Shown here in pieces: positions 49,732-60,387 of a stretch of 64,000 nucleotides of DNA (its first letter is position 1; every line of letters begins with the position of its first letter). The notes below the pieces were generated by a model. It did no database searches and was not told the DNA's origin. It saw nothing but the letters and a program-made list of their open reading frames with translations. The translations under genes were made by a program, and so were the position numbers. Source of the stretch: Candidatus Heimdallarchaeum endolithica (GTDB taxonomy: Archaea; Asgardarchaeota; Heimdallarchaeia; Heimdallarchaeales; Heimdallarchaeaceae); contig CP084167.1 in assembly GCA_021513715.1 (NCBI GenBank), positions 2,080,001-2,144,000 on the forward strand, in the 5' to 3' direction.

Positions 49732-50913
49732 CTAGTTATACCATAAGTCCTCAATAGTTGTTTCGTCTTCTTCAAGTTCAAGATAAGGAGAATCAACTTC
49801 AGCGATAACAACAGTAACAAACAATTCATCATCAGCCATAGTATCATCAATACTCAGACCCCAAATGAATAAAGCGTCAGGGGCGATACGAGAAGTTATT
49901 TCATTGGTGATAGCTTCAAGCTCCATTGTGGTAATCTTCTTATTAGCTTTAATATTAACAAGAGCACCAGTAGACTTAGAAATATCTGCCTCTAGCATAC
50001 TGTTGGTTAATACAGCATTAACTGCGTCAAGAGCACGATTCTCTCCTTTTCCTTTACCAATACTAATAACAGCAGGGCCACTATTACGCAAAATTTTCTT
50101 AGTGTCAGCAAGATCAACATTAATCTTAGCAGTTTCAACAATAACATCGGTTAAACCAACAACAGCATTAATCAAAACTTCATCAGCCATTTCAAAAGCA
50201 TCTAATACTGAAAAATCAGCAGCTTCCAATACTAACTTCTCATTAGGAACAATAATAATAGTATTAGAGTGGCGGTTCAACTCTTGTAAACCACGTAAAG
50301 CAGTACGCATCTTACTTTCTCCTTCAGAAGCAAAAGGGAGAGTACAAACACTAATAACCAAACAACCTTCTTCTTGAGCTATCTTTGCAATATAGGGAGC
50401 AGCGCCAGTACCTGTACCTTTTCCAAGTCCACAAGCAATAAAAACTAAATCAGTTCCACGAACAAGTTCACGTATCTCTTCCTCGTTCTCAACTGCAGCA
50501 GCATGACCAATATTAGGATCATTACCTGCACCAGTACCACGAGTTAATTCCTTACCAATAAGAAGCTTTTTCTCAGCCTTGGTATTTAAAAGATGACGAG
50601 CATCAGTATTAATAGCAATTGTAGTAGCACCACCAATACCACCACGCTCAATGATATTATTAATGGCGTTACTACCAGCTCCACCAACACCAATGGCTAA
50701 AATACGATCATCTCGAACATATTCAAGAATCTCAGCATTAGCGTTATTAGTATCATATTTAGAAGTACGAGAAGAACTAGTCTGAAGAAGAGACAATAAC
50801 TCTTCATCAGAAGTACCGACATCAGGACTTAAAGGACGACTAAGAGAAGAAGAATCAACCTGAGAAACATCATTGTTAAGGTGAATAGGATTAAGATTAC
50901 TATTATCACTCAT
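49732..50913 (-). CDS. ftsZ: Cell division protein FtsZ
   Basis: GVGGAGSNA, INTD, GAGNDP..G, GLGKGTGTGAAP, INVDLAD. Confidence 0.96.
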   Translation of the reverse strand: MSDNSNLNPIHLNNDVSQVDSSSLSRPLSPDVGTSDEELLSLLQTSSSRTSKYDTNNANAEILEYVRDDRILAIGVGGAGSNAINNIIERGGIGGATTIAINTDARHLLNTKAEKKLLIGKELTRGTGAGNDPNIGHAAAVENEEEIRELVRGTDLVFIACGLGKGTGTGAAPYIAKIAQEEGCLVISVCTLPFASEGESKMRTALRGLQELNRHSNTIIIVPNEKLVLEAADFSVLDAFEMADEVLINAVVGLTDVIVETAKINVDLADTKKILRNSGPAVISIGKGKGENRALDAVNAVLTNSMLEADISKSTGALVNIKANKKITTMELEAITNEITSRIAPDALFIWGLSIDDTMADDELFVTVVIAEVDSPYLELEEDETTIEDLWYN

Positions 50914-50990
50914 AGTTGCTCAAGGAGTAGCAATAAAAAATAAAATAGAAATACAAATATCATTGTCAAAATATCAAGGTATTACAAAAA

Positions 50991-51260
50991 AAGAGAAGAG
51001 AAGAGAAGAGAAGAGAAGAGAAGAGAAGAGAAGAGAAGAGAAGAGAAGAGAAGAGAAGAGAAGAGAAGAGAAGAGAAGAGAAGAGAAGAGAAGAGAAGAG
51101 AAGAGAAGAGAAGAGAAGAGAAGAGAAGAGAAGAGAAGAGAAGAGAAGAGAAGAGAAGAGAAGAGAAGAGAAGAGAAGAGAAGAGAAGAGAAGAGAAGAG
51201 AAGAGAAGAGAAGAGAAGAGAAGAGAAGAGAAGAGAAGAGAAGAGAAGAGAAGAGAAGAG
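50991..51260. repeat. Perfect pentanucleotide satellite (AAGAG)54
   Basis: 270 bp without a mismatch. Confidence 0.97.
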
Positions 51261-51380
51261 AAAGGAAAAAAGAATAAAGAAATCTAACACAGAAAGAAGA
51301 AATTTTCAAAAATAAAGATACAAAGGAAGTAAAAATACAAGAAAAAAGGAAAATAAGAAAGAAAAAAAGACAAAAAAAAA

Positions 51381-51404
51381 AGTCAGCTGACAAGAACTCT
51401 CCAA
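51381..51404. other. 3' arm of the 23S pre-rRNA processing stem (pairs with 55593..55616)
   Basis: AGTCAGCTGACAAGAACTCTCCAA is the exact reverse complement of 55593..55616. Confidence 0.88.
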
Positions 51405-51915
51405 GTATCTGACGAACTGATACCTATTTGGTCGAACTAAGCTTGAGCGATTAGTAGCAGTGGGCTAAACATCTCGCCGAAGCTCGACGCGCACACCCCT
51501 GCTCTATCTACCGGATCTTCTTTCCGTGCTCTCGTCTATACCAGTGGTTGCTGTCACCAGCCCCCATGAGGTACAGAATGGGAGACTCGTTTCGAGAGAC
51601 GCTTCGAGCATAGATGCTTTCCGCTCTTATCGTCAAGGGCTTAGCTACTCGGCGATGCCCTGGAGGACAACCGATACACCAGAGGCCCCAACTAGATGTT
51701 CCTCTCGTACTAATCGAATTTTACTCTCAATCTCCCGCCAGCACCATCAGATAGAATCCAACCTGTCTCACAACGGTCTAAACCCAGCTCACGTTCCCTT
51801 TTAATGGGCGAACAACCCCACTCTTGGAAGCTGAATCACCTCCAAGCTAGGAAGAGCCGACATCGAGGTAGCAAGCCGTGAGGTCGATGTGAACTCTTAC
51901 CCACGACAACTCTGT

Positions 51916-52338
51916 TCAGGGCTACACTAGTCTTTTTTTTCGACTTTGGCTATTAGATTAGTTGTCAGCCTCGGCTTAAGGCAAGTTACCGATCTAATAA
52001 CCTCTTGACCTCACACTTTCAAAATGGCTCTTCATCTTTTCCAAGGGTCTTTTTTCTTGATGGTTAAGGCAGATGTTGGATCCGTTTCTATCTAATCCGC
52101 TCAAGTTTTCCTTTTTTTTGACCATTAGGCGAAAACTTGTAATTAAGTAATCCTCAATCGATAACTTTTTTTTGCGGTATATTATTCATTCGGGTAAAAT
52201 TTGACCCACCTTAGCTTTATTCTTTAAATCAGTTTCATTTTTTCGTGCCCTTGAAAAGATAAAGTTTGTGCAATTCTTTGCAGGAAAAGTTCCTTTCTTT
52301 TGTCTAGCCACTTTGATAGTGTGCCATCAAAGTGTAGT
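51916..52338 (-). other. ORF-less BHB-type intron (423 nt) at ~E. coli 2450/2451
   Basis: Interrupts CAGGGGTA^ACAGAG; CTACACT/AGTGTAG stem, TAA bulge, GGGG/CCCT helix, GAA bulge. Confidence 0.85.
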
Positions 52339-52983
52339 TACCCCTGAGGTAACTTTTCCGCCACCTCCGCCGCCTACTATGGGCAATGCGAAGGATCGCT
52401 AGGCCCTGCGTTAACATCTGCGAACCTTCTCTATCAGTTCACAGTCAACCAAGCTTTTGCCCTTGCACTCTACACCGGATTTCTGTCCCGGTTGAGCTTG
52501 GCTTTGGGCCCTCTTGATATCTTTTCAAGAGGCTACCGCCCCAGTGAAACTGCCAGGCAGAGGGTGTCCCCCTCGCAAGAGGTGAGTCGTACCAATGCTC
52601 AAAGTCAGTATTTCACTTTCGGCTCCCCTACATCCCGGAGAATGTAGGATCGACGCCTCCTGACTATTCTATGTATGAACACCAATACAACAGCCTCTGA
52701 CAGCAGTAAAGCTCTACAGGGTCTTCTCTTCCCGATGGTGCATTCCAGACTGTTCGCTGGACTGTGGGTTCAGTAGGATTCAGGTGGAGACAGTGGGCAC
52801 CTCGTTGGTCCCTTCATGGACGTCTGTAATTAGCAGACAAGGCATTTGCCTACCTTAAGAAGCTCATAGTTAGCTCCGGCGTTTACTGGGTCTTAGCCTG
52901 GTTGTACCCAGGTTTCAATCACCAGCACCGGCCAGGATTCACAAACTGTACACAGGTTTTCACCCTTGCAGTTTGCTATGTTT

Positions 52984-53661
52984 TTTAACTAGAGGGAACG
53001 CGCCTCCAAACGATCAATTTTCTTTCAAAACCTTCTTTTTAAACTTTATACTCATCATTTTTTGCTTTATTAGTGCATTAATGCTTTTTTTACTATAAAT
53101 CTGAAGCCCTGATATGCTTCCAAATTTGTAGACATTACCAACAACTTCATAATTTTTCAAGAATTGCTCAAATCTCTTCAACAGATTTTCATTTGATGCG
53201 TATATCACAATTCTATCTGTTATTGTCCCATCAGCATCTAATAATCCTGAAATAAAGTTTATTTTTTCCTCTTTACTCAAACGATTAAAGAATTTGATGG
53301 GTTCTTCTCTTAATTTTTTGAATTGTATAAACAAATTTTTGTTATGCACTAATATTCTTGTTTTTAGTCCACCTGGACTTTTGTATTGGTATTCATGTAC
53401 TTTACTAAACCGCCCTAGGTATCCTCTGGCATATTTTAGTAAGTATGTGTTGCTTTCGATTTGGTCTATCCATACAGAGTATGATCTATTAGCTGGATTA
53501 TGATAACATGTTCCATCACCATATAGAAATCCTGCCAGATAGCCAAGCTTTTCTAGTTTTGTTGCTTCATACATGTTTCATTATTCTTATGTTATTGGAA
53601 TATTTAAAGTCCTTTGAAAGAAAACTGATCATTTGTAGGTTTGTTCGCCGCTCCCAACTAT
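52984..53661 (-). mobile_element. BHB-type 23S intron (678 nt) at ~E. coli 1785 carrying a homing endonuclease
   Basis: TGTT-TAAT-AAA-TAG pairs with CTA-GTTA-AAA-AACA; splicing restores CGACTGTTTAATAAAAACATAG. Confidence 0.9.
53014..53574 (-). CDS. Double-motif LAGLIDADG homing endonuclease
   Basis: YLAGFLYGDG and FISGLLDADG. Confidence 0.93.
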   Translation of the reverse strand: MYEATKLEKLGYLAGFLYGDGTCYHNPANRSYSVWIDQIESNTYLLKYARGYLGRFSKVHEYQYKSPGGLKTRILVHNKNLFIQFKKLREEPIKFFNRLSKEEKINFISGLLDADGTITDRIVIYASNENLLKRFEQFLKNYEVVGNVYKFGSISGLQIYSKKSINALIKQKMMSIKFKKKVLKEN

Positions 53662-55909
53662 TTATTAAACAGTCGGGTGCCCCTTGTCACTGCGACCTGG
53701 GAAGGCATACACCTTTCCAGGCACCCCTTATACCCAAGATACGGGGCTAATTTGCCGAATTCCTTCACCTGATTTCTCCTAACACGCCTTAGCCTTCTCA
53801 GCTAGCCACACCTGTCACGGTTCTGGGTACGGTCGCGCATAATCGTTCTTCTTGCATTTTCATGGACTGTTGGGATTGATGGCAGCCAGCAACCGATGGC
53901 CAGCCTATTCATCCATTCTTCTGGTTCTCACCATAACGGTTCTCCCCAGAATTCGGGATTTAACTAGGATACGCTCCTAGGCCACCTACCCACCAGTGTC
54001 TGCTCAAAGCTTGTGTCACCACACCTATATGCGCGGTACAGGAATATGAACCTGTTTCCCTTTCGAGTGATTCGTATTAAGATCACCCTTAGGACCGACT
54101 AACCCTTGGCTGACGAACAGTGCCAAGGAACCCTTGGGCTTTCGGCGATGAGGATTCTCACCTCACTATGCTCCTACTACCGCCGAGATCTGCAAATCAA
54201 GCCGGTCCACTGGGAGTCACCCCCCAGCTTCAGCCCAACCTGATCGCCCGCCTACCCAAAACTCTTTTGAAGTTCGGGTTGGTATCGGGACCTGGTTTAG
54301 CCCCGTCCATTTTCTGAGCCCAACAACTCGATGAGTAAGCTGTTACGCTTTTTTTAACGGATAGCTGCTTCTAAGCTTACCGCCTCATTGTCTAAGCCGT
54401 TGGACGTCATTCAGTTTAACATTTAACCAGGATTTAGGGCCCTTAACCAACCTCTGGGTTGAACCCCTCGCGGCCATATCCCTTGCGGATACACGCCCGT
54501 CTGCCACCATCTACGGCGCATGCAAGTTCGGAGTTGGAAGGATTGGCGAGGATTTCACTCCCCGGGACAACCCGTCCGTAGCTCTACCTCACATGCAACC
54601 TCCGGTGACGCTATACTGTGGTTATACTTCGGCGGGAACAAGCTATCAGGAGTCTAGATTGGTCTTTTGCCACTACCCCCAGTTCAGAGGAACAAATTGC
54701 ATATTAGAAACCCTTCAGGCCTCCACGCTCCTTTCGAAGCGCTTCACCTTAACCAGGGGTAGATCGACTCCTTTCGTGTCTCAGACCCGTGACTTCACGC
54801 ACTTATCGTACGTCGCACCTGGCACATAAGTGCTGCGTGCAGGTCGCTTTCGCTACGCCACCACATACGTTTAGGCTCGCCACGAATCTGAACTCCTCGG
54901 CCCGTGTTTCTAGACGGAACGGATGACCCCGCTCCTCTCAACTCGTACTAACACCTCACGGTGAGTTCCTTCGCTGAGAATCTACGCTTTCGAGCCATCC
55001 ACGTCTGTTACCAAGCTGTTTCAGGGTCTTTTCACTCCCATATTTTGGATACTTTTCAACTTTTGCTCACGCTACTAGTGCGCTATCGGTCTGGGGGAAT
55101 ATTTAGGTTTGGGACATAGTTTTCCCATATTTGCGCGACAAATCCAAGCCACGCTAGTCTTGATACTGCAAGGCCGAGCGCTTACGTCTACGGGGCTTTT
55201 ACCCTCTATAGCGCAATGTTCCACATTGTCTTCGACTTAACGCTGACGGTCCAGAACGCAGTCAAAAACACCACATATACCCTAATCTTTCGAAAAGGGA
55301 ATTCGGTTTGACCTGTTCCGCTTTCACTCGCCGTTACTAACGGAATCACAATTGTTTTCTTTTCCTGTGGGTACTTGGATGTTTCGGTTCCCCACGTTCC
55401 CCACCATTACTGGTTGACACAACTTATTAGACTGTGTCAGGATACCCATTCGGTGACCCTCGGATCGTAGACTGTTTGCGTCTCCCCGAGGACTTTCGCG
55501 GCTTACCACGACCTTCATCGGTTCCCCAGCCAAGTCATCCACAGCTTGGCGTAGGCATAGTTCGATTACTTTAGATATCAGTTTTCGCCTATTTGGAGAG
55601 TTCTTGTCAGCTGACTGGTTTTTTACTTAACTTACCAGTTCTTGGAGTTGATAATCATCATGTTTTTCATGATTTTTTAGTGTTTTTTCTTGACTTTCTT
55701 CCCTTTATATAATTATCGTTCACTCACATTTTCTATTTTTGTGAGTTGTTAAGAGAATGTTTTTTCAATAATAAAGCAGTTCTTGCTTTTCTTGCCGGTT
55801 AAGGCATTTCACAACAGTTTTCTGTGGATTTTTTCCACAATAACTACTTTTTTTGTCGTTAATAAAAACTTATTGATTATTGATTCAGTTTTATTTCCGA
55901 TAGAAAGAG

Positions 55910-56368
55910 AGTTCATATTTTCATGAAATAGAAAAACGAATACTTTCTGATTCAGAGCTCCATTATTTCACATATGCTGGCACCTATATAACGGATATAC
56001 TTGATACTTTTGTGGATTATGAATACAGTACCAATGACTGTCCAGATAATGGGGATGACCCTGAATGGGAACTTCATGTTAATCATCTAGATGATAACAT
56101 AAACTTTGAGCAGGAACACTATGTTACTTCATATTGGGATGGATTAACTGCATTGAGCGTGCGAACTTATTCAAATTCACATTAGTTTACTTCAGAAGTT
56201 GATGAACTTACTGGCAGTTTTTTGGATTACGACCATCTTTTACGCCAAACGTTTACCTTTACAATGACTCAAGGTTCATCTGGAGGAAGTGGAGGAAACG
56301 GGACGCTTTTAATACGTTCTCTAAATGTGCCTCTCTCCTTCCACAGTTCGTCAAATTGTCAACAATAG
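55910..56368 (+). pseudogene. Decayed gene fragment (secreted-protein-like) with in-frame TAG at 56183..56185
   Basis: ~150-codon frame (SYFHEIEKRILS...GSSGGSGGNG) lacking an intact start and broken by a single stop. Confidence 0.45.
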
Positions 56369-56617
56369 AGTTACTTAGATTTAATGACAGATTAACCATA
56401 AAGCAGGTTTCTTCTACTCAATTCAAAATAATTAACAAATTTAAGTTCCTAGATATGCAGAATAGACAAAATTTTAATAAATAGTCCTACTCTCTTTTAA
56501 TGAAAAAAGTAAAACATAATACATTTAATTGTGCATCCATTTATGTAGAGAAATAGTTGATAATCCATGGCTACCGACCATATACTATAGTGTATTTAGG
56601 ATTTCTGGAGGTAAAAA

Positions 56618-57094
56618 ATGGATACGAAATACTTTAATAAAGCAAAACAGAACTTCAGCAAACAACACACTATCATTCAACATTTTAGATGGTTTGTTAT
56701 ATTTTTTGCCACAAGTTTTTGCTCATTATTACTCTTATTTATTCTATTTGCTAGCCTTGAAGAAGCATATGATTCCGTTGAAGATTTCTTCAAATATAAT
56801 TCTTGGATCTTTTGGCCATCTTTAATTGCATTTTCGCTTTTGACTGCAACGATAGTTATTCTGCTATTGTGGAAAGGATATCTGAACATGAAACACACCT
56901 TGATATTTGTCAGTGTTGGTCTATGTTATCTTCTTTTAGGTTTAATAATTTTCCTTATATTTGAAGGTAATTTGTTGCGCACGAATGCTCAAATAGAGAC
57001 TATCATACTTATAGTTATTGATTTGTGTTCAGTTATTCTTGCTTTCCTAACTACTTTTGCAATTCAATTTTTTGGGAGAAGAAACAAAAAATGA
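56618..57094 (+). CDS. Four-TM membrane protein (hypothetical)
   Basis: GGAGG before ATG; four hydrophobic helices. Confidence 0.7.
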   Translation: MDTKYFNKAKQNFSKQHTIIQHFRWFVIFFATSFCSLLLLFILFASLEEAYDSVEDFFKYNSWIFWPSLIAFSLLTATIVILLLWKGYLNMKHTLIFVSVGLCYLLLGLIIFLIFEGNLLRTNAQIETIILIVIDLCSVILAFLTTFAIQFFGRRNKK

Positions 57095-57706
57095 TTTTTC
57101 TACTTTTTTCTAACCACTCTATTTTTCGCTTGATAAAATTGAATCTTCGATTTTTCAGCAAAAATTTAAACGTATGCCCTGTTTCTTTTATTTAATGCGA
57201 ATATGTACTCTTGGAGCGGGTTTTGTGATGCTTTTTTTATACTAAAATGTTCTAATATTACTATTTTATTGGCATTTAAGGTCAATCGAATACATTTCAA
57301 GTTGGATGATTTTAGATGTTAAACATCCATTACGAATTTCGTTCTGACCTAGTTAAGCTTTGTCAAGTGAAAACTGCTCGAAATCTTTGAATTTATCAAG
57401 AATCAAAGATTCTTTATTAAATCAGAGATATTAGAGCGTTTTAAATGAATAGAGCAACGTTAGACCTTCACCTTACATTACTAGAAAAACTAAACTAATC
57501 AAGATAATTAATGTAACCATTAACAATAGAAAATATGCTCTTGTTTTTCCTTCAGAAACTTCTCAATTGTGCTTGACCCACTCGAAACCACAAAAATGAT
57601 CAATTTTGTACCTTCACAAATCAACTTACTTATACATTTTTGGTCGCGATTTTGCTTCTCTGTTGCTTATGGTTATTCTTTTATACAATTATTCGTTCTT
57701 TTCTTT

Positions 57707-59299
57707 ATGCTTGAGATTCTTTCCTCTGATCTTCACTCCAGAATAACTTTTTTTGAAGTTAACAATAAGAAAATTTTAACTCCTACACTTGTTCCTGTCG
57801 TTGATCCCAGGGATAATATCATCACACCTCATGAAATGAAACACACATTTGGCTTTAATTTTCTTATTACTAGCTCTTATTTGTATTTGAAACGATACGG
57901 TATGCCCAACGTTCATTCCCCTCCGATTCATCAGACTTTGGACTTCGATGGCATTGTTATGATGGATAGTGGAGCATATCAAATTCTTGCTTATGGAGAC
58001 GTCTCTATTTCCCCTCTTCAATCTTTAGAGCTTCAATCATTAGTTCAAACAGATATTGGTGTTATACTTGATGTTCCCACTCCCCCCTCTGATAGTTTTG
58101 ATGAAGCCAAAAACAAAGTGGAACAAACAATTGAACGTATAGAATTGTCTTTAGATCATGTAAAAACACATGACAAAACTTTATGGACGCTCCCTATCCA
58201 AGGAGGAAAGAATGTGTCTCTTATTGATAATTATATTCAAAAAGTTAAGGAAAAGAATTATCTCGATTATTTCAGTTTTTATGCTCTAGGTAGTGTTGTT
58301 CCTATTATGGCTTCATATGATTACACTACTCTTTTCTCTATGATTCATCATGCACGAATTAACCTTCCTTATCACATTCCATTACACATTTTCGGTGCTG
58401 GTCATCCTATGATTTTCCCTTTTATTGTTGCTTTGGGAGGCGATACTTTTGATAGTGCAGCCTATATCCTCTTTGCTAAAGATAACCGTTACATGACTTC
58501 TACAGGTACACTTATTCTTGATAATATCCAAGAGTTTCCTTGTGATTGCGAGGTTTGTTCAAAATATACTCCTAAAGAATTAAGAGAGAGCCCACATAAT
58601 GAACGTATTCGTGCTCTTGCAGCTCACAATTTACATATTTCATCTACCGAAATCAAGTTAATTCGTGAAGCAATTCGTAATGGTAATTTATGGGAATTAC
58701 TTGAACAACGAGCTCTCAGCCATCCCAATCTTTACCAAGCTTTTCATGTTTTGACAGAACTTAGTAAAAAAGGTTTTTTTGATATCGGAACCCCTATCAC
58801 AAAAAGTGGAGGCTTAAAAATCTATAATCATCTTTCTTTTGCTCGACCTGAATTCAAAGTTATCAGAGAACGTATTCTAAAAAACCATCAGAAAAATAGT
58901 GAAAGCCTTTACATTTACTTACTTTCAGGAGAAAAAACACCTATTGAACTTTTTAATCTTAATCCAGAGCTAAAAGATAAACTAATTGAACATTTACCTT
59001 CTGCCGATGTATCTCTCTTTTTACCCTTTTTTGGTGTCTTTCCTTTTGAACTTCATGAAACTTACCCCTTCTCGCAATTTGTTTTTTCTAATGTCATTGA
59101 CTCTATCATCCTAGAAAAAGCCATAGAGATTACGACTAATTATATAATAAAAAAAGGATATAGTAAGATCATCATTCTTCCTGCAGAAAGAAAAGAAAAA
59201 CTCAATTTAATTAGGGATAAGCTTCAAGATAAATTACAAATGTTAGATAAAGTTGAACTAAACGTCTATACTTCTAATGAAAAAAGTGAGGAAGATTAA
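57707..59299 (+). CDS. tgtA: Archaeosine tRNA-guanine(15) transglycosylase
   Basis: MMDSGAYQ, PIQGG, HIFGAGHP, DTFDSAAY, PCDCEVC, HNL; start chosen at ATG 57707. Confidence 0.95.
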   Translation: MLEILSSDLHSRITFFEVNNKKILTPTLVPVVDPRDNIITPHEMKHTFGFNFLITSSYLYLKRYGMPNVHSPPIHQTLDFDGIVMMDSGAYQILAYGDVSISPLQSLELQSLVQTDIGVILDVPTPPSDSFDEAKNKVEQTIERIELSLDHVKTHDKTLWTLPIQGGKNVSLIDNYIQKVKEKNYLDYFSFYALGSVVPIMASYDYTTLFSMIHHARINLPYHIPLHIFGAGHPMIFPFIVALGGDTFDSAAYILFAKDNRYMTSTGTLILDNIQEFPCDCEVCSKYTPKELRESPHNERIRALAAHNLHISSTEIKLIREAIRNGNLWELLEQRALSHPNLYQAFHVLTELSKKGFFDIGTPITKSGGLKIYNHLSFARPEFKVIRERILKNHQKNSESLYIYLLSGEKTPIELFNLNPELKDKLIEHLPSADVSLFLPFFGVFPFELHETYPFSQFVFSNVIDSIILEKAIEITTNYIIKKGYSKIIILPAERKEKLNLIRDKLQDKLQMLDKVELNVYTSNEKSEED

Positions 59300-59851
59300 A
59301 TGATAGACAAAGTTAGAGAACTATTAAAGCAAATTGATAATTTAGTCACCTATGAACATAGTCGACTAGAAGATGAGATTGATTCATTAAAAAAACAACT
59401 GAGTGAAATAAACGAGTTTGACATTGAATATGACAACTTAAAAAAAGAAGCAAAAAAAATAGCTGACGAGAATAAAGAACTAAAAAACGATAATAAAAAA
59501 TTGGTTAATGAAGTTCAACAATTAAAAGATTTCAAAAACAAATATGAAAAATTAGAAGACGAATTTAAGAAAAAGACTATGCTTCTGTCTGGTTTGAAAT
59601 TCACCCTAAAAGTCATTACTACTTGGATTCCAAGTCAAAAAGAGAATATTTCTGTTCTTCTTGCTTTAGCTTCATCAGATAATTATTCTTCCAATTATGA
59701 TAAACTCAGTGAGAAAACTAAAATACCTGTTGTCACTTTGAAAAATCGTGTTGTTCCTCTTTTAAAAGAAAAAAATCTTGTAATTGAAACTCAAAACGTT
59801 ATTACTTTAAATTTAGACGCATTAGATGACGTTACAGAAGAGATTTTTTAG
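59300..59851 (+). CDS. Coiled-coil protein with C-terminal winged-helix-like domain
   Basis: Heptad-rich N-terminal half; LSEKTKIPVVTLKNRVVPLLKEKNLV. Confidence 0.7.
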   Translation: MIDKVRELLKQIDNLVTYEHSRLEDEIDSLKKQLSEINEFDIEYDNLKKEAKKIADENKELKNDNKKLVNEVQQLKDFKNKYEKLEDEFKKKTMLLSGLKFTLKVITTWIPSQKENISVLLALASSDNYSSNYDKLSEKTKIPVVTLKNRVVPLLKEKNLVIETQNVITLNLDALDDVTEEIF

Positions 59852-59914
59852 TTAGCATTGAAATTTGCAATAATACAGTAGAAAATTTATTAATTCTCTT
59901 TTACAAATATCCTT

Positions 59915-60328
59915 ATGCGCGATACAGAAAAAAATATCCAAGAACTAATTATTAAAGCAAAAGAAGTTTCATTGCAAGCATATGCCCCTTATAGTAATTT
60001 TCGTGTAGGAGCAGCTTTACTTACAGCTTCAGGAAAAATATACACTGGTTGCAATGTTGAATTTTCTGACTATCTTGCTTTACATGCAGAGTTAAATGCG
60101 ATTGGAGCTGCTGTAAAAAATGGAGAAAGAAATTTTGATTCAATTTTAATTTATTCTTATTGTTCTCCTCCTGTCCTTCCTTGTGGCTCATGTAGACAAA
60201 AGCTTTTCGAATTTTCTCAACTCAATAAAAAAGATATTAAAATAATTGTTGTAAATGATAAAGGAGAAAAGAGTAAATATCTTTTAAGCGAATTACTTCC
60301 TTCAGGAAATATCCCTGTAGAAAAATGA
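59915..60328 (+). CDS. cdd: Cytidine deaminase
   Basis: AYAPYSNFRVGAA, HAE, PCGSCRQ. Confidence 0.96.
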   Translation: MRDTEKNIQELIIKAKEVSLQAYAPYSNFRVGAALLTASGKIYTGCNVEFSDYLALHAELNAIGAAVKNGERNFDSILIYSYCSPPVLPCGSCRQKLFEFSQLNKKDIKIIVVNDKGEKSKYLLSELLPSGNIPVEK

Positions 60329-60387
60329 GGCTATTTTCCTCTATAGCTTAACTACAATATTTATTCTACCTTATTTCTAATTTTGAT

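Larger units (their letters stand above)
51431..55565 (-). rRNA. rrl: 23S rRNA, unlinked, with two introns (mature ~3.0 kb; ends approximate)
   Basis: Sarcin-ricin loop AGTACGAGAGGAAC, PTC segments (CTCGATGTCGGCTC, GAGCTGGGTTTAGACCG), helix-1 ends. Confidence 0.97.

Noticed and set aside
50963-51393. (REEKR)n and (SSLLF)n ORFs
   Set aside because: Translations of the AAGAG satellite
51526-55542. Small ORFs inside the 23S region other than the LAGLIDADG ORF
   Set aside because: They fall within conserved rRNA sequence
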